The notes beneath the pieces are model-generated. The model did no database searches, was not told the origin of the DNA, and saw nothing but the letters and a program-made list of their open reading frames with translations. The translations under genes and the position numbers were made by a program. 64,000 bases of DNA from Lingula anatina (Eukaryota; Animalia; Brachiopoda): the NCBI GenBank assembly GCA_051362555.1, contig CM120643.1, positions 3,348,001-3,412,000 on the forward strand. Reading direction: 5' to 3'. Positions 1 through 9,408 of the stretch are shown here, piece by piece; the stretch's first letter is position 1; every line of letters starts with the position of its first letter.

Positions 1-334
1 CACCAGAAGTAGGTTAATTTCTTTATTGAGAACTATCTGAGATATGTACATTTTTTAATAGAACTCCAAAAATTGGTGACCATCTTGAACGACACTGAAT
101 ATGCCCAAATGGAGTAGTTCTCCAGAGTTAGGAGGCTAGTATGATCATGTATGTCAAAAGGAAACTACCTGCAAAATTTGGTGCTTGATGTAGCCAGTCA
201 TCAATAATTATAATAATAAATTATAATATTTGTTATTGCAACCCAATGGGTTCAGACATACATAATATGATAAAATGAAATGTTATATGTTTGAATGAAA
301 TTAAGTTGAAAGACTGTTATTTGAGCTATTAAAT

Positions 335-368
<34 letters not shown>

Positions 369-371
<3 letters not shown>

Positions 372-2372
372 AACGCGAGGGGTCGGGCCCGAGCGACCGC
401 GACACCCAAGCGCGGCGTGGGAACTTGGGTGTTTCTTAGGGAAAGTATATCCCTGTCCTTCAGAAATAAAGAGGCAAATTTATGTTTTAATAAATTTTAT
501 TAAACGGATAAATCGACCATAAAATTCTCAAGTCATTGGTGACTATCACATGACTTATTGTCATAAATGTATATAAAATTGAGAAGTTGGCATTGCGCGT
601 AGTGTGAGATGACATCTGAGATGGAGTCGACCTCGTTGACGGCACTGCTGCGTTGGATGGCATCATTAATGGAATCGGGTAGCGTGCGATGACATCTGGT
701 ATCTCTGGTGGTAACTATGCGAAGGATGGCCTCGTTGACGGCACCGCGTTGGATGGCATCGTTGATGGACGTCGTTGACCCTCACTTTGTTTCTTCTTGG
801 TATCAGCTGGCTGAATAAGGTATCTGGTGTTCCCAATGGGATAACTAAGGAAACTAAAATAAAAACTACCCCCAAGTCTCATGGAGGATTTCACCGGGCA
901 CTTGGACTGGAACATCATCAACAGCACCAAGTTGACGTCTGCGCCGATGGCGCCCCGGACCCGTACGGCCTTTCACCCGAGGATGAGATGTGCACTTCTC
1001 TTCGCCATCAAAACCAGCAGCAACCTTGGCCAGGAACCTGTCAACTGCACCCCAAGGTCTTGGCCAGGAACTTGTCAACTGCAGCCAAGGGACCAATTCC
1101 TACATGCTGGAACCCCTCCTCACCAGGAAAAACACCTCCATATTCAGTCAGCCGACTGTCCACTTAAAAACTTAATAATTGCTAGGAGCACTTATATTAA
1201 AGAGAGAGTGCTGCCCTCTAAAAAACTCACTGATCTAACTTTGTAAAACCATAGCTAAATAAGCTTGCCAATCACCTTATTTGTTAAAAGCATAAACCAC
1301 TTGACTTAGGTAACTTAACGAATTCTCTGACCTTAGCACTTTATTAAAGAGAGGGTGCCACTCTCTGAAAAGCTCACAAATCTAACCTTGTATGACCATA
1401 GTTACATCAGCTTGCCAGTCGCCTTACTTGATAAAGGCATAAACTTGGCGGTATAAGTCCACCCTTCTAATTACGTAACTTAATGAATTCTCTGACCTTA
1501 GCACTTTATTAAAGAGAGGGTGCCACTCTCTGAAAAGCTCACAAATCTAACCTTGTATGACCATAGTTGAATAAGCTTTGATCTCATAGAGATAACCCAT
1601 TAAGATAACCTGAGATAACCTATAGAGATAACCTAGGATAACATGTTCTCTTATAGAGATAACCTGTTAAGATAACTTAAGATAACCTATAGAGATAACC
1701 TAAGATAACATGTTCTCTTATAGAGATAACCTGTTAAGATAACTTAAGATAACCTATAGAGATAACCTGAGATAACCTTTGATCTTATAGAGATAACCCA
1801 TTAAGATTATCTAAGATAACCTATAGAGATAACCTTAGATAACATGTTCTCTTATAGAGATAACCTGTTAAGATAACTTAAGATAACCTATAGAGATAAC
1901 CTGCGATAACCTTTGATCTTATAGAGATAACTACAGTAACATAGACGAACAGGTAAAAGAGAAAAAAAAAAAAAATTAACTGAACATCACTTAATTACTT
2001 GCACAGGGAGTGCAAAACAACAGAAGCGGGTAATTAGTGGTGAAAAACGTTTAATAGTAAAAAAAAAAAAAAAAGGAGGTCATGGGGAAGCTACGCGAAA
2101 TATCTAAACAGAGAACGTAACTTCGATCTAGCAACTACTACAAGTATTTCCATTATTTGGGATTTAAATGAAGAATTAACCTATGGGTTTAGTTGGATAA
2201 ACTCCAGGACATATGTCTCTAAGGAAAAACGAAGTCTTAGGTAAGATTTAATGTAAAGTTATTGAAGAAAAGTAGATTCCGGTCATAGCAGACGATCGTG
2301 CAGCACATGTTTACATTGTTTCTAATGATTTTAAATAGCAGATTCGTGGCTCCTGTGACCCCCTTTGTTACA
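369..2372 (-). repeat. 3' LTR (~2.0 kb) of the Gypsy element
   Basis: Near-identical to 7201-9747, but lacks 319 bp (equivalent to 9202-9520), two 67-bp repeat units and one ~95-bp repeat unit. Confidence 0.95.
1586..1932. repeat. 67-bp tandem array built from GATAAC submotifs (~5 units, ~25 GATAAC) in the 3' LTR
   Basis: Repeating TATAGAGATAACC..TAAGATAAC..AAGATAACCTATAGAGATAACC units read directly from the sequence. Confidence 0.95.
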
Positions 2373-2388
2373 CTGCCCCCACCCTTTT
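2373..2388 (-). promoter_or_regulatory. Polypurine tract (PPT)
   Basis: Minus strand reads AAAAGGGTGGGGGCAG immediately before TGTAACA of the 3' LTR. Confidence 0.85.
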
Positions 2389-2647
2389 AAAATTGATTCT
2401 CCTGAATCAAGAACAAGTACTGTAGGAAGATAAACACTATTTAAAAAAAAAAAAAGTGAAAACTATATAACAGATGGCCATGAGTACATTTTAAGTTATT
2501 GAATATTGTCCGCAAGAGTATTGTCCCTGTATAGTCTGTGAGAAGAGATTCATTTTTAGTCTAAAAAAATGATTACACTTTGCCTAAAAAAAAATGATTT
2601 TAATAGTAATAATAATTCATAACCATCATCTTAGATAAGCATTGCAG

Positions 2648-3151
2648 TCAACAAAAGAAATTTCTAACGATCATTCGTCTTCCATCTGGATAAATTGTTT
2701 CCTTTTCAGTGAACCTTGTCACCCTGCCATACAGGGTGGCAATGCTTGTGTTTGACTGATCTACACGTGCAGCAGGTGACTTCCTGGCAGGCATTGGTGT
2801 ACTCTCACCATCCTCCACGTCCTCGTCCGATGACCAACCTCCTGTTGGGGGCTCTGGCGTCATGTTCAGCCTGATACCCTTCCCACCTGTTATCGGGCGT
2901 GGAGCTTTCCTTGGGGGCTCTTCTACTGGTGTTTCCTCAAGGAGGGATGCTTCCTCCACCCTCCCCACCATTACCTGCACTGGCTGGTGACGGGCCTGTT
3001 GGTGTTTCATCAATTCGCTTTCTGTGGTGTAAGACCTGTCGCAATTCTTCTCCATGCACTTATACGTTTCGTGTATGGCCGCTTCATGCCTCCTGCGGTT
3101 CGATCTTGAGGAAAAATGTAAACTGCAGTACTTGCATTTCTGACCTGGCAT
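2648..3151 (-). CDS. Retrotransposon-borne protein with two C2H2 zinc fingers and a histone H3-tail-like low-complexity region (env-position extra ORF)
   Basis: Fingers CKYC-x12-HEAAIH and CMEKNC-x12-HQQARH; tail motifs KAPR, TGGKG, ARKSPA. Likely start ATG at 3151, 2 nt after a TTTATTTTAG splice acceptor. The ORF track starts at 3181. Confidence 0.8.
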   Translation of the reverse strand: MPGQKCKYCSLHFSSRSNRRRHEAAIHETYKCMEKNCDRSYTTESELMKHQQARHQPVQVMVGRVEEASLLEETPVEEPPRKAPRPITGGKGIRLNMTPEPPTGGWSSDEDVEDGESTPMPARKSPAARVDQSNTSIATLYGRVTRFTEKETIYPDGRRMIVRNFFC

Positions 3152-3496
3152 CACTAAAATAAAGGTGGATTTATTATTCATTTCATTTTATGCGTTCATA
3201 AGATTTTTTTTTTTTTTCGTGACCTTCAGCACAGATAAGGGGGTAGGTTATTCAGTGATTAGTAAAAAAAAAACAAACAATTCTGCCAAATTCCTTAATA
3301 AATTTGAATAAAATTAAGTGGATGCGGAAACTCTCACTCCTCCCCTTTCAGTGGCCTGGCTGCCTGACCTTTGGACAGCTCGCCTCGCCCTCCACTCTCA
3401 GGGGAGCTGAGAGCTTTGAGCAACTTGAGCCAGCCGAGACAGAGTGCCACCGTCTGGGAAGGAATAGGGAGATCCATACATCACACCTGTAATCTT

Positions 3497-6400
3497 CTAC
3501 TGGCAGTAGGGTTTCAAATTGTCGTAGTGGACGACACGAAATTTGTTGCGATTTAGTCTAATTCGATAGATCAAATCCGAAATTCTCTCTAAAATTTCAA
3601 AAGGGCCAGACCACTTCTGCTGTAACTTCGGGCTGAAGCCTTTCTTCCTGGAAAAATCGTAATACCACACTTTATTTCCCACTTCATATTTCTGACCATG
3701 GACACGGAGGTCGTAGTTACGCTTCTGGATTTGAGCACTTTTCTTCAACTTTTCTCCTGCACGCTGCCACACTGTAGCTAGATTCTCCCGTAATTGGCGT
3801 GCGTAGTTCGAAGTTTGCAGTTGATTCATAGGTGGTTCCTCTATCATCAGGTGAACTGGCAGATCTACTTCTCTGCCCAGCATAAGCATATTGGGTGTTT
3901 CTCCCGTAGATTCATGCCGGGAACTTCGATAAGCCATCAGATAAAGAGGAATTCTCGTGTCCCAATCTTTCTGCTGCTGTTCAGGTGCCAGCATTTTTGA
4001 GATTCCTGCCAAGAGAGTACGATTAAATCTCTCAACCAAGCCATCGGACTTAGGGTTGAAAGACGTGGTTCTCGTTTTGTTGATTCCCATAATTTGACAA
4101 ATTTCCTGAAAAACATTCAACTCGAAATTTCTTCCCTGGTCTGAGTGTATTGAAGTAGGAGTTCCAAATCTGCTTATCACTTCTTCTACTAGCTTTGACG
4201 CCACTGTGTTTGCCTCTTGGTTTGGTAATGGAAAAGCCTCCACCCATTTTGTAAAATAGTCGCACACAACTAGGATAACCCGATTTCCCCTATGTGTTTC
4301 TGGAAAAGGACCAAGGATATCTACTCCTAAACGTTCCATTGGTGCTCCCACCAGAGATTGCTGCAGAGATCCTCTAAATCTTTTGCCCGTCGATTGATGG
4401 GCCTGACACTGCTCACAAGATCGGCACCAGGAATGCACATCGGCAGTTATCCCCGACCACCAGTACCTTTCTTGTATGCGCTCAAGTGTTCTTTTCTTGC
4501 CCAAGTGGCCCGCTGTTGGATCGGAGTGACAGCCTTTCAGAATTTCATCCCTGAATACTCTTGGAATAATAATCAAGCTTCGCTCTATCTTCCCATCATT
4601 GGACTGCTCCTGAGTACATAATACTTCAGTCTCGAGTTTTAACTGTTCCCACTTACTAAAGTAATGTTTTGTGGCTGCCGTCCATGGGCTGACGCCATAC
4701 GCTGGTGGTTCAGCACTTTCTCTCAAAGCTTTGACAACAGGTGCAATGTCAGGGTCCCTTTCCTGCTCTGCTTTAATGTTTTCTAGCGAAATGTCAGGGC
4801 GAAGAGAGATTGTTCTTACGAATCCCGGTTCTTGGTATAGGTGATTCTTCTTCACCCACCGTCTCTTCAGTATTTTGCCTTGTTGTTCCATCTCCTCGGG
4901 TCTTCCACATTGGTGACAGGGTTTTCTGGAAAGACCATCTGCGTTTCCGTGACTCCTCCCGGCTCTGTGTTCCAATCTGGGTTGGTATTCCTCTACTACC
5001 TGGATCCAACGTGCTAACTGACCTTCGGCGTCTTTCATACGTAAAAGCCAAGTCAATGCGGCATGGTCGGTTCTGAGGGTGAAATCTTGTCCATACAGAT
5101 ATTGCCGAAAATGTTTCATAAAGTGGACAGCTGCGAGAAATTCTTTCCTGGTTACACAATAGTTTCTTTCAGCTTTTCCTAAAGCTTTGCTGGCATAAGC
5201 AATGACCTTTTCTTGCCCGTCTTGAACTTGTGACAGGACAGCTCCAATTCCACAATTACTTGCGTCGGTGTCTAAAATAAACTTCCCCTTGGCCCTTGGA
5301 TATGCCAGAATCGGAGAATGCGTCAACTTATTTTTCAACTCTTGAAAAGCTTCTTCACTTTCCTGTGTCCATCGGAACTGGTCTCCCTTCTCGGTTAACT
5401 TGTGAAGTGGCCTTGCTATCTTGGCAAACCCTCGTATGAATCTTCGGTAGTATGATGCTAACCCTAGGAAACTTCTTACTTCTGTGACTGTCTTGGGTAC
5501 CACCCAATCTTTGACTGCCTGAATCTTCTCGGGATCCGTCTGTATTCCCTCTGCGGATACTATATGGCCCAGGTAGGTAACTTTTTTTTGTAAGAAATGA
5601 CACTTATTAGGCTTGAGTTTTAACTTTGCTTCGCGCAATCTTCCAAACACCTCTCGAAGACGCCCAAGTTCCTCTTCAAAAGTCTTCCCATATACAATGA
5701 CATCGTCTAAGTAAACTAACAGCGTCTGCCAGTGTAACCCTGATAAAATTCTCTCCATAAGGCGTTCGAACGTCGCAGGAGCATTGCAAAGCCCAAACGG
5801 CATAACCCGCCATTGGTATAGTCCGCCACGGACTGTGAATGCTGACTTCTCCTTAGCTTCTTTATCGAGTTCCACTTGCCAATATCCACTGGCGAGGTCA
5901 GCTGTAGAAAACCAGATAGCACCAGAGAGGGCATCAAGGGTGTCATCTATGCGTGGAAGTGGATACGAGTCTTTAATCGTGACGGCATTTAGTTTACGAT
6001 AATCTACACAAAATCTGGTGGACCCATCTTTCTTCTTCACTAGTACGATAGGCGAAGCCCAGGGACTGTAGGAAGGTTCAATGACACCTTGTTTCAACAT
6101 GGTCTTCACATGTTCTGCTGCTTCTTCTATTTGCTTGTTAGGAAGGCGACGATAAGGTTGTCGGATCAGAGCGGCATTCCCTGTGTCTATACTGTGTTTA
6201 ACTACGTCGGTTCTTCCTAAGTCCATGTCCCCTTCTGCGAAGATGTCTTGGAATTCAGTCAGTAGCTGCTTTACGTCTTCTTTTTCTGCTTCACTTAAAT
6301 GCTTGCAACTTCTATGCCAAATATCGTGCAAAAACTCTGGTAAGTCAGGCGTTGCTGGTGACTTGTTCACAGATCTGATCCACGTGCCTGTGGAACAGGG

Positions 6401-7069
6401 TGGCAGGGATTGTACTTCCTCCGCTTCAATGACTGTTCCTACTGTAGTTCCTTGGTAGAGTGTTATAGGATCCGGGCCCGAATTATAAACTTTAACCGGT
6501 AATGGCTCTGTAGACAAGTCGAGGAGTGCCCTGGCCACAAGCAATCCTCTACTTGCAATTTTGTCCGGTCTGGTATTTTCGATGATTCCACTCATACTTC
6601 TGCCCGGTTGGTCTGATGAGAACAGCTCACCTTCTACTACCACTTCATGTCCAGGTTGCACTAAAGTGTTATGCTTTACTTTCACAGCAGCAATAAAAGG
6701 GGTTGCTTCTTTATTCACGCAAGGGATCTTCTGACCCTCACAGGAGATCTGGAAACCATTAAAGTCAAGAACACTTCCTTTCTGTAATAAAAAGTCAATG
6801 CCTAGGATTCCATCATACGGAACTTCTGCCACTATCACCTTCTTCTGGGTTATAGTTTGGCCCACCTGTAAGTCTACCCATACTTGACCATACACTGGCA
6901 GGGGTTTTCCATCAGCCTGATAAACAACTTCATTTAGATTCTCCAAGGTCGGTCTTCTGTAACTCTCTATGGCTTGGTAACTTTTCAATGAGATGATGGT
7001 GTCTGTGGCTCCAGTATCAACTAGTAACACTAAAAATTTTAGCAACAACAAACAAACCCTTATTAACAT
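3497..7069 (-). CDS. pol: Gypsy pol polyprotein (protease, RT, RNase H, integrase); extreme N-terminus frameshifted
   Basis: Protease LVDTGA; RT SPWASP, CVDYRKLN, MPFGLCNAP, YLDD; RNase H TDASNCGIGAVL; integrase H-H-C-C, VDILGP, SDQG, VERFNRTL; GPF/Y-like WSGPFEI. The natural protease start (NKGLFVVAKIFSV) lies in a different frame at ~7030-7080. Confidence 0.96.
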   Translation of the reverse strand: MLIRVCLLLLKFLVLLVDTGATDTIISLKSYQAIESYRRPTLENLNEVVYQADGKPLPVYGQVWVDLQVGQTITQKKVIVAEVPYDGILGIDFLLQKGSVLDFNGFQISCEGQKIPCVNKEATPFIAAVKVKHNTLVQPGHEVVVEGELFSSDQPGRSMSGIIENTRPDKIASRGLLVARALLDLSTEPLPVKVYNSGPDPITLYQGTTVGTVIEAEEVQSLPPCSTGTWIRSVNKSPATPDLPEFLHDIWHRSCKHLSEAEKEDVKQLLTEFQDIFAEGDMDLGRTDVVKHSIDTGNAALIRQPYRRLPNKQIEEAAEHVKTMLKQGVIEPSYSPWASPIVLVKKKDGSTRFCVDYRKLNAVTIKDSYPLPRIDDTLDALSGAIWFSTADLASGYWQVELDKEAKEKSAFTVRGGLYQWRVMPFGLCNAPATFERLMERILSGLHWQTLLVYLDDVIVYGKTFEEELGRLREVFGRLREAKLKLKPNKCHFLQKKVTYLGHIVSAEGIQTDPEKIQAVKDWVVPKTVTEVRSFLGLASYYRRFIRGFAKIARPLHKLTEKGDQFRWTQESEEAFQELKNKLTHSPILAYPRAKGKFILDTDASNCGIGAVLSQVQDGQEKVIAYASKALGKAERNYCVTRKEFLAAVHFMKHFRQYLYGQDFTLRTDHAALTWLLRMKDAEGQLARWIQVVEEYQPRLEHRAGRSHGNADGLSRKPCHQCGRPEEMEQQGKILKRRWVKKNHLYQEPGFVRTISLRPDISLENIKAEQERDPDIAPVVKALRESAEPPAYGVSPWTAATKHYFSKWEQLKLETEVLCTQEQSNDGKIERSLIIIPRVFRDEILKGCHSDPTAGHLGKKRTLERIQERYWWSGITADVHSWCRSCEQCQAHQSTGKRFRGSLQQSLVGAPMERLGVDILGPFPETHRGNRVILVVCDYFTKWVEAFPLPNQEANTVASKLVEEVISRFGTPTSIHSDQGRNFELNVFQEICQIMGINKTRTTSFNPKSDGLVERFNRTLLAGISKMLAPEQQQKDWDTRIPLYLMAYRSSRHESTGETPNMLMLGREVDLPVHLMIEEPPMNQLQTSNYARQLRENLATVWQRAGEKLKKSAQIQKRNYDLRVHGQKYEVGNKVWYYDFSRKKGFSPKLQQKWSGPFEILERISDLIYRIRLNRNKFRVVHYDNLKPYCQ

Positions 7070-7181
7070 CTGAAGCCGGAAATATAAATGGTCATTAATT
7101 TTGCCAAAAGTTGAAATAAATCTAGCCTCAATTCTGGGGGTGATTTTCTGAAGGACTTTCCCACTGTTTTTCTGAAAGACG

Positions 7182-7199
7182 ATCCCACCGCTGCCACCA
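7182..7199 (-). promoter_or_regulatory. Primer binding site complementary to the tRNA-Leu 3' end
   Basis: Minus strand TGGTGGCAGCGGTGGGAT, 1 nt from the LTR end. It matches the 18-nt 3' end ATCCCACCGCTGCCACCA that I recall for metazoan tRNA-Leu(AAG). Confidence 0.9.
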
Positions 7200-8512
7200 T
7201 TGTAACGCGAGGGGTCGGGCCCGAGCGACCGCGAGACCCATGCGCGGCGTGGGAACTTGGGTGTTTCTTAGGGAAAGTATATCCCTGTCCTTCAGAAATA
7301 AAGAGGCAAATTTATGTTTTAATAAATTTTATTAAACGGATAAATCGACCATAAAATTCTCAAGTCATTGGTGACTATCACATGACTTATTGTCATAAAT
7401 GTATATAAAATTGAGAAGTTGGCATTGCGCGTAGTGTGAGATGACATCTGAGATGGAGTCGACCTCGTTGACGGCACTGCTGCGTTGGATGGCATCGTTA
7501 ATGGAATCCGGTAGCGTGCGATGACATCAGGCATCTCTAGTGGTAACCATGCGTAGGACGGCCTCGTTGACGGTTCGTGTTAGATGGCTCCGTTGATGGA
7601 ATTGGGAAGCGTGCGACAACATCTGGTATCTCTGGTGGTAACTATGCAAAGGACGGCCTCGTTGACGGCACCGCGTTGGATGGTATCGTTGATGGACGTC
7701 GTTGACCCTCACTTTGTTTCTTCTAGGTATCAGCTGGCTGAATAAGGTATCTGGTGTTCCCAATGGGATAACTAAGGAAACTAAAATAAAAACTACCCCC
7801 AAGTCTCATGGAGGATTTCACCGCGCACTTGGACTGGAACATCATCAACAGCACCAAGTTGACGTCTGCGCCGATGGCGCCCCGGACCCGTACGGCCTTT
7901 CACCCGAGGATGAGATGTGCACTTCTCTTCGCCATCAAAACCAGCAGCAACCTTGGCCAGGAACCTGTCAACTGCACCCCAAGGTCTTGGCCAGGAACTT
8001 GTCAACTGCAGCCAAGGGACCAATTCCTACATGCTGGAACCCCTCCTCACCAGGAAAAACACCTCCATATTCAGTCAGCCAACTGTCCACTTAAAAACTT
8101 AATAATTGCTAGGAGCACTTATATTAAAGAGAGGGTGCTGCCCTCTAAAAAACTCACTGATCTAACTTTGTAAAACCATAGCTAAATAAGCTTGCCAATC
8201 ACCTTATTTGTTAAAAGCATAAACCACTTGACTTAGGTAACTTAACGAATTCTCTGACCTTAGCACTTTATTAAAGAGAGGGTGCCACTCTCTGAAAAGC
8301 TCACAAATCTAACCTTGTATGACCATAGTTACATAAGCTTGCCAGTCGCCTTACTTGATGAAGGCATAAACTTGGCAGTATAAGTCCACCCTTCTAATTA
8401 GGTAACTTAATGAATTCTCTGACCTTAGCACTTTATTAAAGAGAGGGTGCCACTCTCTGAAAAGCTCACAAATCTAACCTTGTATGACCATAGTTAAATA
8501 AGCTTTGATCTC

Positions 8513-8993
8513 ATAGAGATAACCCATTCAGATAACCTGAGATAACCTATAGAGATAACCTAGGATAACATGTTCTCTTATAGAGATAACCTGTTAAGAT
8601 AACTTGAGATAACCTATAGAGATAACCTAAGATAACATGTTCTCTTATAGAGATAACCTGTTAAGATAACTTAAGATAACCTATAGAGATAACCTGGGAT
8701 AACCTTTGATCTTATAGAGATAACCCATTAAGATAACCTAAGATAACCTACAGAGATAACCTAAGATAACATGTTCTCTTATAGAGATAACCTGTTCAGA
8801 TAACTTAAGATAACCTATAGAGATAACCTGAGATAACCTTTGATCTTATAGAGATAACCCATTAAGATAACCTAAGATAACCTATAGAGATAACCTAAGA
8901 TAACATGTTCTCTTATAGAGATAACCTGTTAAGATAACTTAAGATAACCTATAGAGATAACCTGAGATAACCTTTGATCTTATAGAGATAACT
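8513..8993. repeat. 67-bp tandem GATAAC array (~7 units, ~36 GATAAC) in the 5' LTR
   Basis: Same unit as 1586-1932, with two extra units. Confidence 0.95.
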
Positions 8994-9398
8994 ACAGTAA
9001 CATAGACGAACAGGTAAAAGAGAAAAAAAAAATTAACTGAACATCACTTTATTACTTGCACAGGGAGTGCAAAACAACAGAAGCGGGTAATTAGTGGTGA
9101 AAAACGTTTAATAGTAAAAAAAAAAAAAAAGGAGGTCATGGGGAAGCTACGCGAAATATCTAAACAGAGAACGTAACTTCGATCTAGCAACTACTACAAG
9201 TTGTACTTACTAAAATTAGATAAAGTTTCATTAAAGTCAGTTCCAAACTACATAGAAAATGGCTAATGACAGGCGGGTTACCCCCGCGGGGACACCCTCT
9301 AAATAAAATCTAACTCACTGGTACTAAAGGCTGTTGATTCTAATTCTGTCGAAAGGGGAGTCAGCTTTTCGAAGAACCCACGCTTTGGCTCTGCAGCC

Positions 9399-9408
9399 CT
9401 ATTTATAG
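9399..9408 (-). promoter_or_regulatory. Putative TATA box of the LTR promoter
   Basis: Minus strand CTATAAATAG, ~340 bp into the 5' LTR, preceded by GC-rich sequence; absent from the 3' LTR. Confidence 0.6.

Noticed and set aside
1586-1932. LTR repeat array or the 161-bp repeats as a CRISPR array
   Set aside because: There are no unique spacers and no cas genes, and the context is eukaryotic; these are plain tandem repeats.
3794-6458. Short ORFs overlapping pol (plus strand and alternative minus frames)
   Set aside because: Shadow or alternative frames of pol with no recognisable motifs.
7182-7199. tRNA-Leu gene
   Set aside because: Only the 18-nt 3' end including CCA is present, next to an LTR; it is a PBS.
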